Shown: piece after piece, positions 38,970 through 49,376 of the stretch
Numbering within the stretch: the first letter of the stretch is position 1
How the letters are laid out: each line of letters starts with the position of its first letter
Assembly (NCBI GenBank): GCA_947452995.1
Contig: CANGEV010000013.1
Coordinates: 2,033-66,032 of the forward strand
Direction: 5' to 3'
Source of the DNA: Chitinophagales bacterium
GTDB lineage: Bacteria > Bacteroidota > Bacteroidia > Chitinophagales > CAIODY01
Length of the DNA stretch: 64,000 bases
Program-made: the position numbers and the translations under genes
The notes under the pieces: model-generated
What the model was told of the DNA's origin: nothing
Databases searched by the model: none
What the model saw: the letters and a program-made list of their open reading frames with translations, nothing else

Positions 38970-39761
38970 TTATTCGCCTTTAAAAACCGGTTTACGCTTC
39001 TCATTGAAGGCAGCGACCCCTTCTGCATTATCAGCACTATTGCCCGCAATCTGCTGACAATACGCTTCGTAATCCAACATCGTATCTAAATCAGAATGGA
39101 ACGACTTGTTCAACATCTTCTTCATCAAGCCAATCGCTTTCGTCGGCGCCGCGGCATAATAATCGGTATAGCCCTTCACTGCGGCATCTAACTCTTCCAT
39201 CGGCACTACTTTATTCACCATACCCCACTCCAACGCCTTTTGCGCTGGCACTTTCGAGCCCATCGTCGATAATTCAAAAGCTCGTGCAGAACCCACCAAG
39301 CGCGGTAAGAAATAAGAAGAACCAGAATCTAATACCAAGCCTACATTCACGAATACTTCTATCAATGACGCTGTATCAGCGGCTACGATTAAATCACAAG
39401 CCAAGGCAATGCTACATCCGGCTCCGGCAGCTACTCCATTCAAACGACAAATAATCGGCTTCGGCAAAGCACGCATCGCACGGATAATCGGATTATAACG
39501 CTTATGTAACGACTCACTCAAATCACGCTTGCCAGCCACCTCCTTTATCGCCTTCAAATCCTGTCCACTACAAAACGCCTTCCCTGCACCTGTCAACACC
39601 ACCACACGCACTTCCTTATCACGATCCATCATCTTCAATGCCTCTTGCATCTCATACGAGATCGTATCGTTAAACGCATTAAACACGTCCGGACGATTCA
39701 ACGTAATCGTGGCAACGCCGTTGCTTTTCTCAATCAACAAGCATTCAAACTGCTTTTCCAT
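38970..39761 (-). CDS. Enoyl-CoA hydratase/isomerase (PaaG-like)
   Basis: GKAFCSGQDL, NGVAAGAGCSIALACD and AFNEKRKPVFKG motifs. Confidence 0.9.
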   Translation of the reverse strand: MEKQFECLLIEKSNGVATITLNRPDVFNAFNDTISYEMQEALKMMDRDKEVRVVVLTGAGKAFCSGQDLKAIKEVAGKRDLSESLHKRYNPIIRAMRALPKPIICRLNGVAAGAGCSIALACDLIVAADTASLIEVFVNVGLVLDSGSSYFLPRLVGSARAFELSTMGSKVPAQKALEWGMVNKVVPMEELDAAVKGYTDYYAAAPTKAIGLMKKMLNKSFHSDLDTMLDYEAYCQQIAGNSADNAEGVAAFNEKRKPVFKGE

Positions 39762-39776
39762 AAAATTTCTTTTTAA

Positions 39777-40514
39777 CTAGAATCCAACGATACCCACGCC
39801 TACGAAGAAGGGATGGATATTGGTTCCTTTTCCACTTGTAAAATACGGTGTCAAGGAATAGGTTGCAACCAAATAGACCCAATCATAACCCACACTAAGC
39901 TGTGCATTGGCGCGTAAACGGTTCATATTCGGCACACTCAAATACTTTACGGCAATATAATTATTGTTCGCATCATTGCCTTTATACTTTTGATGCGTAG
40001 CAGCATGCAAGCCCATACGGATACCCGCATTAAACTTGAACGATCGATTATTACGATCCGCTTTTGTCTTGTATGAAAGCAACAAAGGAACCTCAAAATA
40101 GGTGTTCGCGATTTTGTTGAACTTGTACGACTTCGTAATTGGTGCAAAATAGGTCGCACCTAAAGAGTCCGTTTTTGGCGTTCCATTGCAATAGATATTG
40201 TCCACTGTAATTCCTACACCAACGACAAAATCAAAAGGAGATTTACCCAAGGGCATCGGATACGTGATATAGGTACTAATGCCTCTAGAAAGTGGTTTGA
40301 TATTAATCCCTGTCGGACGGTTCATCCAATTATCATGACCAAATTCAAAATGGAAATAATCCATCTTCTTATAGGTATTATCAATTACGATAGTCTTGGT
40401 GATCGTTTTCTGCGCACCAGTATCCAAAAGGTTGGTGTGCGGCAAAAGACCAGCAGCGTTCACTGAAAAAATAAGGGAAAGGCTAATAGCCAAGGTCGAC
40501 AAGATACGCTTCAT
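39777..40514 (-). CDS. Outer-membrane beta-barrel protein (PorT-like family)
   Basis: Signal peptide, YFEVPLLL motif, C-terminal aromatic strand ending in F. Confidence 0.75.
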   Translation of the reverse strand: MKRILSTLAISLSLIFSVNAAGLLPHTNLLDTGAQKTITKTIVIDNTYKKMDYFHFEFGHDNWMNRPTGINIKPLSRGISTYITYPMPLGKSPFDFVVGVGITVDNIYCNGTPKTDSLGATYFAPITKSYKFNKIANTYFEVPLLLSYKTKADRNNRSFKFNAGIRMGLHAATHQKYKGNDANNNYIAVKYLSVPNMNRLRANAQLSVGYDWVYLVATYSLTPYFTSGKGTNIHPFFVGVGIVGF

Positions 40515-40568
40515 CAGTACAGATTTTGTATCCTGCAAAAGTAAGAGAATTCCGCGAAAAGAGAGGAA

Positions 40569-41507
40569 TTAAACGAGGGCCTTGCGAACTTTTTCTACCA
40601 TGTCAGTACGAACCATTTCGCGTGATTGTAATAACATGTTTTTGAAAGCACGTGCGTTAGAGATACCATGACCAATAACAACCGGCGCGTTGACACCTAA
40701 AATCGGCATGCCGCCATAAATTTCGTAGTTAAAGCGCGCGAAGTAATCGTTCTCGATGCCCTTTTGCAAAAGCATTTCGTAGATATTTTCACACAACTTC
40801 AATACCACGTTACCAACGTATCCATCACAAACGATGACGTCAGCTTTATCATTGAAAAGGTCGCGTCCTTCGATATTACCGATGAAGTTGACACTTTTAT
40901 TTTCTTTCAATAAAGGATAAGCAGCTTGAAGAACGATGGTTCCTTTACCTTCTTCTTCACCGAGGTTAAGAAGTCCTACTTTAGGGCTATTATTATGCAA
41001 AACAGATTCTGCATAAACGCTTCCTAAAATGGCAAACTGATTCAAATGTTCTGGTTTCACATCAGAATTTGCACCCACGTCTAATAAGACGCCTAGCGAA
41101 CCATCTAATTTAGGAACGATCGTAGAGATACAAGGACGAGAAATCCCTTCAATTGCTTTCACACTGAAAAGAGCACCCACCATCATAGCGCCGGTATTAC
41201 CTGCACTCGCAAAGGCATCAATTTTACCTTCTTTCAATAGATGAAAACCGATAGAAATGCTAGAGTGCGGCTTTTGCGTAAGCGCTTTCGTTGGGTGTTC
41301 ACCCATTTCCACCACATCAGGAGCGTGCACGATAGCAAAACGTGCCGGGTCGGCACCTTCCGCTGTAAGTGCAGCCTTGATTTCATCTTCACGACCAATC
41401 AAGACAACATGCTCTTCAGCATTTAATTCAGGCAATGCCAATAAAAGGCCTTTGATGGCTTCTTTTGGGGCGTAATCGCCACCCATTACATCGAATCCTA
41501 TGCGCAT
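40569..41507 (-). CDS. plsX: Phosphate acyltransferase PlsX
   Basis: DVMGGDYAP, SAGNTGA, LDVGAN and LLNLGEEEGKG motifs. Confidence 0.96.
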   Translation of the reverse strand: MRIGFDVMGGDYAPKEAIKGLLLALPELNAEEHVVLIGREDEIKAALTAEGADPARFAIVHAPDVVEMGEHPTKALTQKPHSSISIGFHLLKEGKIDAFASAGNTGAMMVGALFSVKAIEGISRPCISTIVPKLDGSLGVLLDVGANSDVKPEHLNQFAILGSVYAESVLHNNSPKVGLLNLGEEEGKGTIVLQAAYPLLKENKSVNFIGNIEGRDLFNDKADVIVCDGYVGNVVLKLCENIYEMLLQKGIENDYFARFNYEIYGGMPILGVNAPVVIGHGISNARAFKNMLLQSREMVRTDMVEKVRKALV

Positions 41508-41538
41508 TTCTGTGGTTTTATCTGGGTTAGGTTAAATG

Positions 41539-41597
41539 AAAAATTCCAAAACCCTTCGGTATCTCTTTGTAAGATACGTAAGGATTGTGGAATTTTT
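41539..41597 (-). terminator. Long hairpin downstream of rpmF
   Basis: AAAAATTCCA...TGGAATTTTT outer stem with inner CCTT/AAGG and GTATCT/AGATAC stems. Confidence 0.65.
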
Positions 41598-41620
41598 AGA
41601 ATATCAAGTACTAAAACAGC

Positions 41621-41809
41621 TTAGTTGCTGCCTTTTTCAGCCAAAACTTGACCGTTGTACATTAATTTTCCATCCAACTCATAGGCACGGTGAGACATGT
41701 GGTTTTCACCAGTAGCCTTGTCAACCGCTACTGTAGGAGCAACAGCTTTGTAGTGCGTACGGCGTTTATCACGGCGTTGTGCTGAGTGGCGGCGTTTAGG
41801 ATTAGGCAT
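41621..41809 (-). CDS. rpmF: 50S ribosomal protein L32 (Cys-less type)
   Basis: [22 protein letters not shown]...HRAY; lies between yceD and plsX. Confidence 0.96.
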   Translation of the reverse strand: MPNPKRRHSAQRRDKRRTHYKAVAPTVAVDKATGENHMSHRAYELDGKLMYNGQVLAEKGSN

Positions 41810-41834
41810 GACTTTTAATTTATTTAGTTATCAA

Positions 41835-42389
41835 TTATTTCTTGTCTTTTAGCTTCTTGAGAGCAGCCCAACGTTCGTCAATGACAATGTCATCGGTCGA
41901 ACCTTCCTCTGCTTGATCTTCGTTTTGCAATCGACTTAGGACTTCTTGGTTACAATTTTTGTAACGCTCTTCTAAGTAATCGCAATTCTTAACCATCGGA
42001 ACGCTGAGATGTATATACTCGTAAATATATTGCGCGACGTTAATGCTAGACTCAGAACGAGCGATAAATATCATCTCGTCTGTATCCTCATTCGCATCGG
42101 GCTCTCCGCCTTCAAACTTAACTAACAACTGAAACTGACTGTGAATCGGGTAATGCATGTCTGCCGTACAACGATCACATTCAATCTCAACATGCCCGTC
42201 AAGGGTGAAGTTTAATTCCATGTGAGAGGTCTGCTTATCAAAGAGCAACTGCACGTGGCAGCTTCCTTTTTTTGCTTGAGTATCAGGGAATAATGCAAAG
42301 AATGCATCATCGATTTGATATCGAAAAGTTTGCGGGCCTTGACTTAGTCCGACAAAATGGATGTCATATGGCCGTAATGCTTTTTCCAC
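41835..42389 (-). CDS. yceD: DUF177/YceD family protein
   Basis: CDRC motif, YIYEYIHLSVPM and DERWAALKKL; likely GTG start at 42389. Confidence 0.9.
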   Translation of the reverse strand: MEKALRPYDIHFVGLSQGPQTFRYQIDDAFFALFPDTQAKKGSCHVQLLFDKQTSHMELNFTLDGHVEIECDRCTADMHYPIHSQFQLLVKFEGGEPDANEDTDEMIFIARSESSINVAQYIYEYIHLSVPMVKNCDYLEERYKNCNQEVLSRLQNEDQAEEGSTDDIVIDERWAALKKLKDKK

Positions 42390-42485
42390 GATACCGCAAA
42401 AATTGGAGGGCAAAGATAAGAAATTGTATGAAAAAACAATAAAAAAATGATTTTTTACTGTTAAAATTTCTCACGTGGGTAAAAA

Positions 42486-43772
42486 TTAACGCAAAACCGC
42501 CAAACGATCCGTGTCAAGCTTCACTAAAATGAATAACATCACCGAAAATCCAATCATAGAAGACCCTCCATAACTGATAAAAGGTAAAGGAATACCAATA
42601 ACGGGTAATAAACCGACCGTCATTCCAATATTGATCAAAATATGCATAAAAAAGATACACGCCACACCATAAGCATAGACCCGGCTAAAACGAGAGCGCT
42701 GCCGCTCTGCTATGCTTAAAATCTTCATCAACAAGGCTAGGTAGAGCCCAAGCAAAACCAAGGCCCCCATAAAGCCCCATTCCTCGCCTATCGTGCAAAA
42801 GATAAAATCGGTAGTCTGCTCCGGTACAAAATTGAACTTTGTTTGCGTGCCATGTAAATACCCCTTTCCAAAAAAACCACCCGAACCTATCGCAATTTTC
42901 GACTGTATTACATTATAGCCCGCTCCCTTTGCAATCTTACTATCCTGCCCTTTCACTCCAAACGTAATCAAGATACGCTCGCGCTGATGCGGCTGCAATA
43001 CCTTATTAAACACATAATCCTTCCCAAATAACACAAAGACAGAGCTAATCGTGTAAGCAATAAACATCCACGTAATATAATCCTTCATCCGGCGCCACTT
43101 CTTGCGCCAATTATATAACAGGAACAATACTATTCCAGTAAAAATGCCAAACAAAACGAACTTCGGCAATAATATACTCGTTACCAATAACACAATCGCA
43201 GCAATACCCGCTACCAAAATCTCTCCTGGCAAACCCTCTCTGTATAATACCAACATCAAACCGCCAAATACCAAGGCAGATCCTGTATCCTTCTCCGCAA
43301 TAATAATCAAAGCCGGCAAGGCTATAATCGCTATCGCCTTAATACGCGCCGCATTCGTCTTAAAATTGACATCATTTTGCGATAAATACTTGGCCAAATA
43401 AAGTGCCGTAAAACCCTTCGCAAATTCGGAAGGCTGCAATTTGAAGCCTCCAAACTCCAACCACGCATTCGCACCATTTACACCACGGGCCACCACCGCT
43501 ACAAAAGCTAATACCAATAAGGAAATAATGTACAAGGTCAATGGTAAAGTCGTCAATAGCTTACTATCCACCAACAAAATCATGACCCCCACCATAATAC
43601 TCAAGCCAGCAAACATCAGCTGCTTGCTATAACTCTTACTCATGCTAAACGCTAAACCATGTCCATCCTGATATTCTGCCGCATAGATAGTCACGACACC
43701 TAAGATGATTAAGGCGACGTAAATATATAAGACAGACCAGTCTATCTTCTGTTGTATGGTTTTTTGATACAT
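42486..43772 (-). CDS. rodA: Rod shape-determining protein RodA
   Basis: LQPSEFAK, GYNVIQSKIAIGSGG, PEQTTDFIF and LPFISYGGSS motifs. Confidence 0.95.
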   Translation of the reverse strand: MYQKTIQQKIDWSVLYIYVALIILGVVTIYAAEYQDGHGLAFSMSKSYSKQLMFAGLSIMVGVMILLVDSKLLTTLPLTLYIISLLVLAFVAVVARGVNGANAWLEFGGFKLQPSEFAKGFTALYLAKYLSQNDVNFKTNAARIKAIAIIALPALIIIAEKDTGSALVFGGLMLVLYREGLPGEILVAGIAAIVLLVTSILLPKFVLFGIFTGIVLFLLYNWRKKWRRMKDYITWMFIAYTISSVFVLFGKDYVFNKVLQPHQRERILITFGVKGQDSKIAKGAGYNVIQSKIAIGSGGFFGKGYLHGTQTKFNFVPEQTTDFIFCTIGEEWGFMGALVLLGLYLALLMKILSIAERQRSRFSRVYAYGVACIFFMHILINIGMTVGLLPVIGIPLPFISYGGSSMIGFSVMLFILVKLDTDRLAVLR

Positions 43773-43811
43773 AGCTTTTACTCTAACAATACTAAGTCGT
43801 TTTTATTAACC

Positions 43812-45623
43812 CTAGGCTTTAGGTTGTAAACGTATTCCCAATTCGTTCAGTTGTTTGTCGTCAATACTTGACGGCGCATCCAACATCACATCTCTACCAC
43901 TATTATTTTTAGGGAACGCGATGAAGTCGCGAATTGTTTCACTACCACCCAACAACGCGCATAATCTGTCGAAGCCGAATGCGATACCTCCATGTGGCGG
44001 AGCACCGTATTCAAAGGCGCCTAACAAGAAGCCAAACTTATGATTCGCCTCTTCTTCACTCATGCCCAAGGCCGCAAACATCTTCTGCTGCAAATCTTTT
44101 TGGAATATACGTATAGAACCGCCGCCTATTTCATTTCCGTTCAATACCATATCATAAGCGTTCGCCTTGATATCGGCATACGGATGATTCAAATAATTTG
44201 CAGGATCCGTAATCACCGGACTATTTTCAATCATACGCTGAATATGATCCGGCTTAGGAGAAGTGAATGGGTGATGACGCGCTACCCAACGATTTTCTTC
44301 TTCTGCATATTCAAAAAGCGGGAAGTCCATCACCCATAACAACTGAAAATGATCGCTCTTACGCAGTCCCAAACGATTGCCCATCTCTAAACGTAATTCT
44401 GAAATCGCCTTGCGCGTTTTCTCTTCCGTACCGGCCAAAATCAATATTAAATCATCGGCTTGCGCACCGCATTGCTTTGCCAAGGCTTCAAGCGCCGCTG
44501 CGTCGAAGAATTTATCGAATGACGACTTAAAGGTCCCGTCTGTACCTACTTTCACGAAAGCCATTCCGCCCATGCCTATCTGCGGACGCTTTACCCATTC
44601 TATCAATTCATCTGTTTGCTTACGCGTATAATTCGAACAGCCTGGAACATTAATCGCTAAAACTGTTTCAGCTCCATCAAATACTTGAAAACCGCTATTC
44701 GCCATGGGAGCATATAAGGCCTCCCGTTTCACTTTCAAATTCTGCAACTCCATCCCGAAACGTATATCCGGCTTATCATTCCCATAACGACGCATCGCTT
44801 CATCCCAAGTCATGCGTGGCACTATATCCGTATAGTCAATTCCTTTCACCGCTTTGAAGATATGTTTAATCATGCCTTCGAACGTATTCAAAATATCTTC
44901 TTGCTCTACGAAGGCCATCTCACAGTCGATCTGCGTAAACTCCGGCTGACGATCAGCGCGCAAGTCCTCATCACGGAAGCATTTCACGATCTGATAATAA
45001 CGATCATAGCCACTCACCATCAATAATTGTTTGAAGGTTTGTGGAGATTGTGGTAAGGCATAAAACTCTCCCTCATTCATGCGAGAAGGCACCACAAAAT
45101 CACGCGCACCTTCCGGCGTTGATTTGATTAAGAAAGGTGTTTCGATATCCAAGAAACCTAATTCATGCAAATACTCTCTGGCAGCACGATTCACGGCATA
45201 ACGTAGTTCAATATTTTTTCGAACGGCCGCACGACGTAAATCCAAATAACGATACTTCATACGCAAATCATCCCCAGCATCGGTATCATCTTCGATCGTG
45301 AAAGGCGGTGTGATAGAAGCATTCAAGACTTTCAACTCCGTCACTTCAATTTCGATATCACCAGTAGCCAAGTGTGCATTCTTACTGCTACGTTCAATTA
45401 CATTTCCTTTTGCCTGTAAAACAAATTCCCTTCCTAAACTTGTATTTAATAATTCCGGACGTTTCGATTCATCCAAAGTCAATTGCGTAATACCATAGCG
45501 ATCACGTAGATCTATGAAGGTTAAAGCCCCCATTTTACGTACTTTTTGTACCCATCCACTAAGAACAACTTCTACGCCAATATGCGAAGCACGCAGCTCG
45601 CCACAAGTATGTGATCTATACAT
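43812..45623 (-). CDS. aspS: Aspartate--tRNA ligase
   Basis: [37 protein letters not shown] and APPHGG motifs. Confidence 0.98.
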   Translation of the reverse strand: MYRSHTCGELRASHIGVEVVLSGWVQKVRKMGALTFIDLRDRYGITQLTLDESKRPELLNTSLGREFVLQAKGNVIERSSKNAHLATGDIEIEVTELKVLNASITPPFTIEDDTDAGDDLRMKYRYLDLRRAAVRKNIELRYAVNRAAREYLHELGFLDIETPFLIKSTPEGARDFVVPSRMNEGEFYALPQSPQTFKQLLMVSGYDRYYQIVKCFRDEDLRADRQPEFTQIDCEMAFVEQEDILNTFEGMIKHIFKAVKGIDYTDIVPRMTWDEAMRRYGNDKPDIRFGMELQNLKVKREALYAPMANSGFQVFDGAETVLAINVPGCSNYTRKQTDELIEWVKRPQIGMGGMAFVKVGTDGTFKSSFDKFFDAAALEALAKQCGAQADDLILILAGTEEKTRKAISELRLEMGNRLGLRKSDHFQLLWVMDFPLFEYAEEENRWVARHHPFTSPKPDHIQRMIENSPVITDPANYLNHPYADIKANAYDMVLNGNEIGGGSIRIFQKDLQQKMFAALGMSEEEANHKFGFLLGAFEYGAPPHGGIAFGFDRLCALLGGSETIRDFIAFPKNNSGRDVMLDAPSSIDDKQLNELGIRLQPKA

Positions 45624-45759
45624 AATTTCTAAAAAAACGATTATCTGCAAAAATAACCAAAAAAAGAAGACCTACACGGCTAAATAAGGTCTTTTTAGGC
45701 CTCAGAAATGAGAATTAGGAAGGAGCGATAAAATGAAATAAAACTAGTACATTTGTTCT

Positions 45760-46509
45760 ATGATGAAGTATAATTCCCAACGGGGAAAGATGAAGATCCG
45801 CGAGTACGGACGATACATTCAAGGAATGGTTGATTTTGCTAAATCCAAAGAAACAAAAGAGGAAAGAACGAAAATTGCGAAAGGGATCATTGAGATGATG
45901 GCTATATTATTTCCGCAGAGTAAATCGGTAGAAGACTATCGTCAAAAACTGTGGAATCATTTATTCGTTTTAGCAGATTACGATTTGGATGTCGATTGTC
46001 CTTATCCAACGCCAGTGGCAGAGGAGAAGGCACAACGTCCGGAACGCATGAAATATCCAAAGCAACCAATACGTTTCCGCCACTATGGTAAAAGCGTTGA
46101 AATCCTTATCAATAAGGCATTGGCGATGGAAGACAAAGAAAAACAAATGGAGTTCGCGCAAGGAATTGCGATCGTAATGAAAATGACCTATCGTAACTTC
46201 AGTAACGACGCGGTGGTAGATGATACGATTAAAGAAGATCTTGCATTTATGAGTAATGGCGTATTACGTCTTGATGAAGAATCGACGATCGACAATATGC
46301 CATTGCGTAATAATACCGATTTAAGTCGCATGAACAATATGCGTGGTGGTCGTCCAAACAATAATCGCAATCGCAATGGTCGTCCAAACAACAATCGCAA
46401 TCGTGGTGGTGACTCCAACGGTGGAAGCAGCAGTGGTAGTGGCAGCAGTTTTGGTAATAATAAACGCCGCTTCAACAATAATAATAACCGCAATAACCGT
46501 CCGCGGTAA
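45760..46509 (+). CDS. DUF4290-family protein with N/R/G-rich tail
   Basis: YNSQR...EYGRYIQGMV...QKLWNHL...RHYGK. ATG lies 4 nt after a TACATTTG box. Confidence 0.85.
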   Translation: MMKYNSQRGKMKIREYGRYIQGMVDFAKSKETKEERTKIAKGIIEMMAILFPQSKSVEDYRQKLWNHLFVLADYDLDVDCPYPTPVAEEKAQRPERMKYPKQPIRFRHYGKSVEILINKALAMEDKEKQMEFAQGIAIVMKMTYRNFSNDAVVDDTIKEDLAFMSNGVLRLDEESTIDNMPLRNNTDLSRMNNMRGGRPNNNRNRNGRPNNNRNRGGDSNGGSSSGSGSSFGNNKRRFNNNNNRNNRPR

Positions 46510-46616
46510 TTTTTTCGACAGTTAACAGTTTATAGTGCATACTTTAAGGCATAGAAATACGCCTTGTACAACTTTGTCTAGTACTTTAGTACTGATGAGA
46601 AGCCATCACTTTTCAT

Positions 46617-46651
46617 CATTCACTATTCACTATTCACCATTCACTATTCAT
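46617..46651 (+). repeat. Heptamer tandem array (YATTCAY)x5
   Basis: CATTCAC TATTCAC TATTCAC CATTCAC TATTCAT, ending 7 nt before the murA ATG. Confidence 0.9.
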
Positions 46652-46658
46652 TTGAATT

Positions 46659-47969
46659 ATGGCAAGTTTTGAAGTTATTGGTGGCCAAGCGCTGAATGGC
46701 ACCATCATCCCACAAGGGGCTAAAAATGAGGCTTTGCAGATTATCTCCGCTGTTTTATTGACAGATCAGGAGATGACTATCAGCAATATCCCGCAGATTG
46801 CCGATGTATTAGCATTAATTGATTTACTTGCATCAATGGGTGTTGAAGTGAAGAAGATCAGTGATGATACCTATAGCTTCAAAGCAGCAAATGTGAATAT
46901 GGATTTCATGACTACGCCGGAATATCGTAAAAGAGCTTCTTCATTACGTGGTTCGGTGATGGTATTAGGACCTTTATTAACGCGCTTCGGACGTGCTTAT
47001 TTACCGAAGCCTGGAGGAGATAAAATCGGACGCCGTCGTATGGATACCCATTTGATCGGATTTCAAAATTTAGGCGCTACATTCAACTTCGACTCCGAAG
47101 AGCATTTCTTCCGCATGGAAGCCAAAAAGTTGAAGGGAACCTACATGTTGTTAGAAGAAACAAGTGTAACAGGAACCGCAAATATCGTGATGGCCGCTGT
47201 TTTGGCAGAAGGTACCACCACGATCTTTAACGCTGCTTGCGAACCTTATTTGCAGCAATTGTGTAATATGCTGAATCGCATGGGTGCGAAAATCAGTGGC
47301 ATCGGTTCTAACTTACTTACCATTGAAGGCGTAAATACGTTAGGAGGCACCACGCATCGTATGTTACCAGATATGATCGAAGTAGGAAGCTTTATTGGCT
47401 TAGCGGCCATGACGAAGTCGAACATCCGCATTCAAGGAGTGGGCTACGAACATCTTGGTCAAATTCCAAATACCTTTAGAAAGCTCGGTATTCAACTGAA
47501 TATAGAAGGCGATGATATTATCATTCCAGCGCAAGAACATTACGAAATACAAAACTTCATCGACGGTAGTATTCTAACGATTGATGACGCTCCATGGCCT
47601 GGTTTCACTCCCGACTTGATTAGCATCGTTTTAGTTACTGCCATACAAGCAAAAGGCAACGTATTGATTCACCAAAAAATGTTCGAGAGTCGTCTATTCT
47701 TCGTTGATAAATTGATCGATATGGGCGCGCAGATCATCCTTTGCGATCCTCATAGAGCAAGCATCATGGGCTTAAATCGTGAACATCAATTGAAAGGAAT
47801 TTCAATGACTTCTCCTGACATACGCGCGGGTGTAGCTTTGTTAATTGCTGCCTTGTCTGCGAATGGAAAATCAACGATTCACAATATCGAACAAATTGAT
47901 CGTGGATATCAGTTCATTGATCAACGATTAAATGCAATCGGAGCCAATATCAAACGTTTGAATAACTAA
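46659..47969 (+). CDS. murA: UDP-N-acetylglucosamine 1-carboxyvinyltransferase
   Basis: QGAKNEAL, PGGDKIGRR (Asp at the Cys115 position), HQKMFESR and SPDIRAG motifs. Confidence 0.97.
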   Translation: MASFEVIGGQALNGTIIPQGAKNEALQIISAVLLTDQEMTISNIPQIADVLALIDLLASMGVEVKKISDDTYSFKAANVNMDFMTTPEYRKRASSLRGSVMVLGPLLTRFGRAYLPKPGGDKIGRRRMDTHLIGFQNLGATFNFDSEEHFFRMEAKKLKGTYMLLEETSVTGTANIVMAAVLAEGTTTIFNAACEPYLQQLCNMLNRMGAKISGIGSNLLTIEGVNTLGGTTHRMLPDMIEVGSFIGLAAMTKSNIRIQGVGYEHLGQIPNTFRKLGIQLNIEGDDIIIPAQEHYEIQNFIDGSILTIDDAPWPGFTPDLISIVLVTAIQAKGNVLIHQKMFESRLFFVDKLIDMGAQIILCDPHRASIMGLNREHQLKGISMTSPDIRAGVALLIAALSANGKSTIHNIEQIDRGYQFIDQRLNAIGANIKRLNN

Positions 47970-47990
47970 TAGTAAATTATTCATTATTCA

Positions 47991-48530
47991 TTATTTATCA
48001 ACCTTCACGGTTCCGCGTAATTTCTTGATTTTATAATTTGTAAAATCTTCTTGCGCCTCCATACCCTCACCGAAAAGCTGTTCGCCATCGGTCGTAATTT
48101 TAACAAACTTATCTGTGTAGAGGATATGTTTATTCATATCCCAAATGAGCTCTTCGGTTTCTAACTGTTCACCCTTTACATTTACCACCACCACATTTTT
48201 CCGAACTGTAATTGTATTGTGCAACTCATCATTAAACCCAAATTTCGCACTCAACTTTCCATTCTCGCGCAAGCTATCATCGTAAAATTGTACTTCTAGT
48301 CCGGAAGGCATTTCCTTACCCGGCTTTGGCATGGTAGTAACCACTAATTCAGGTGTACGTAATTTGGCGCGTAAATGACCTTGTACGCTATAGGTCGTAT
48401 AAACATTCTTCACCACCTCTCTACTTGCTTCCTTATCACTCGCAATACGATTCACTTTTGCCATATCATTGACACAAGCTTGAAACAAGCTCAGTAAAAG
48501 CAATACAGCTATAGCATGCGACCATCTCAT
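47991..48530 (-). CDS. lptC: LPS export periplasmic protein LptC (Bacteroidota type)
   Basis: Lipobox FQAC; LETEELIWD...YTDKFVKI...GEGMEA. Confidence 0.85.
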   Translation of the reverse strand: MRWSHAIAVLLLLSLFQACVNDMAKVNRIASDKEASREVVKNVYTTYSVQGHLRAKLRTPELVVTTMPKPGKEMPSGLEVQFYDDSLRENGKLSAKFGFNDELHNTITVRKNVVVVNVKGEQLETEELIWDMNKHILYTDKFVKITTDGEQLFGEGMEAQEDFTNYKIKKLRGTVKVDK

Positions 48531-49318
48531 TTCTTCTCTTCCTTCGTTTCGGGCTTTACTACTAAATACTTGTCTGGAACATTAAACGGAAATTTTTGTG
48601 GCTCATCTAATGTTACCTTCTGGTATTCTATATTCAGATCATAGACTTCTTTCGTAGCCAAACGCACCCTTCTTCTATAGGAGAACAAACGATCGGTCAA
48701 TAAGCGATAGTCATCGTAATCCATTTCGTAGGTCTGATTGATTACCTTATTCTTCAGCTCTTTTTTTGCCATAGTAAAATTCAAAGCATTAATCCAAATC
48801 ACACTCTCTATTTGGTTTTCCTTGCTATTGACTTGATAATTACTATCGGTCTTTACAATTTCAGTTTTAGTTGGATCCATTGCCTGCATATCATTTCCCA
48901 TAATCATTCGTTGCAACTGCGCAAAATTTAAATCTTGTACGCCGGTCATTTGTTGAACATAGCTAAAGGATCGCGCATAATAACGTTTGTTAAATCGATC
49001 CATTAATTTAACGGAGTCGGGGGTTATCAGTATTCTTGAAACTTCGATTCCTACTAATGCATTTAATGAAATCCAAATAACACTATCCTTCTTCATCCGA
49101 ATAACAGCATTCACGGTATTATCGTTATGTGCATCTTCAATTTGAATTTTTGCCTTTGCAAAGAACCATTTGTAAGGAATATCAGGTTGTTCCAACTTCT
49201 TCAAAAGATCCGCGGTAGTGGTCTTTTCACCTTCCACACGCGTTTTCGTCTGATGCACAGTTTTACAAGCAGAAGATACAATTCCAATAAAAACGAATAA
49301 CAAAAATAACTTACGCAT
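48527..49318 (-). CDS. DUF4292-family lipoprotein (LolB-like fold candidate)
   Basis: Lipobox SSAC; IRMKKDSVIWIS...GIEVSRILITPDSV...FPFNVPDKY. Confidence 0.85.
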   Translation of the reverse strand: MRKLFLLFVFIGIVSSACKTVHQTKTRVEGEKTTTADLLKKLEQPDIPYKWFFAKAKIQIEDAHNDNTVNAVIRMKKDSVIWISLNALVGIEVSRILITPDSVKLMDRFNKRYYARSFSYVQQMTGVQDLNFAQLQRMIMGNDMQAMDPTKTEIVKTDSNYQVNSKENQIESVIWINALNFTMAKKELKNKVINQTYEMDYDDYRLLTDRLFSYRRRVRLATKEVYDLNIEYQKVTLDEPQKFPFNVPDKYLVVKPETKEEKK

Positions 49319-49333
49319 GATTAGAATAAGAAA

Positions 49334-49357
49334 GCCCGTCGACAATCGTCAACGGGC
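49334..49357 (-). terminator. Hairpin downstream of the OmpA/PorE-like gene
   Basis: Minus strand GCCCGTTGAC-GATT-GTCGACGGGC followed by TTTCTT. Confidence 0.7.
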
Positions 49358-49376
49358 CTATTTTTAAAAAGTTTAA

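Noticed and set aside
46546-46608. Possible hammerhead ribozyme (GAAA ... GTC ... CTGATGAG)
   Set aside because: Stems I, II and III cannot be formed in canonical register. The segment is better explained by small independent hairpins and a probable murA promoter.
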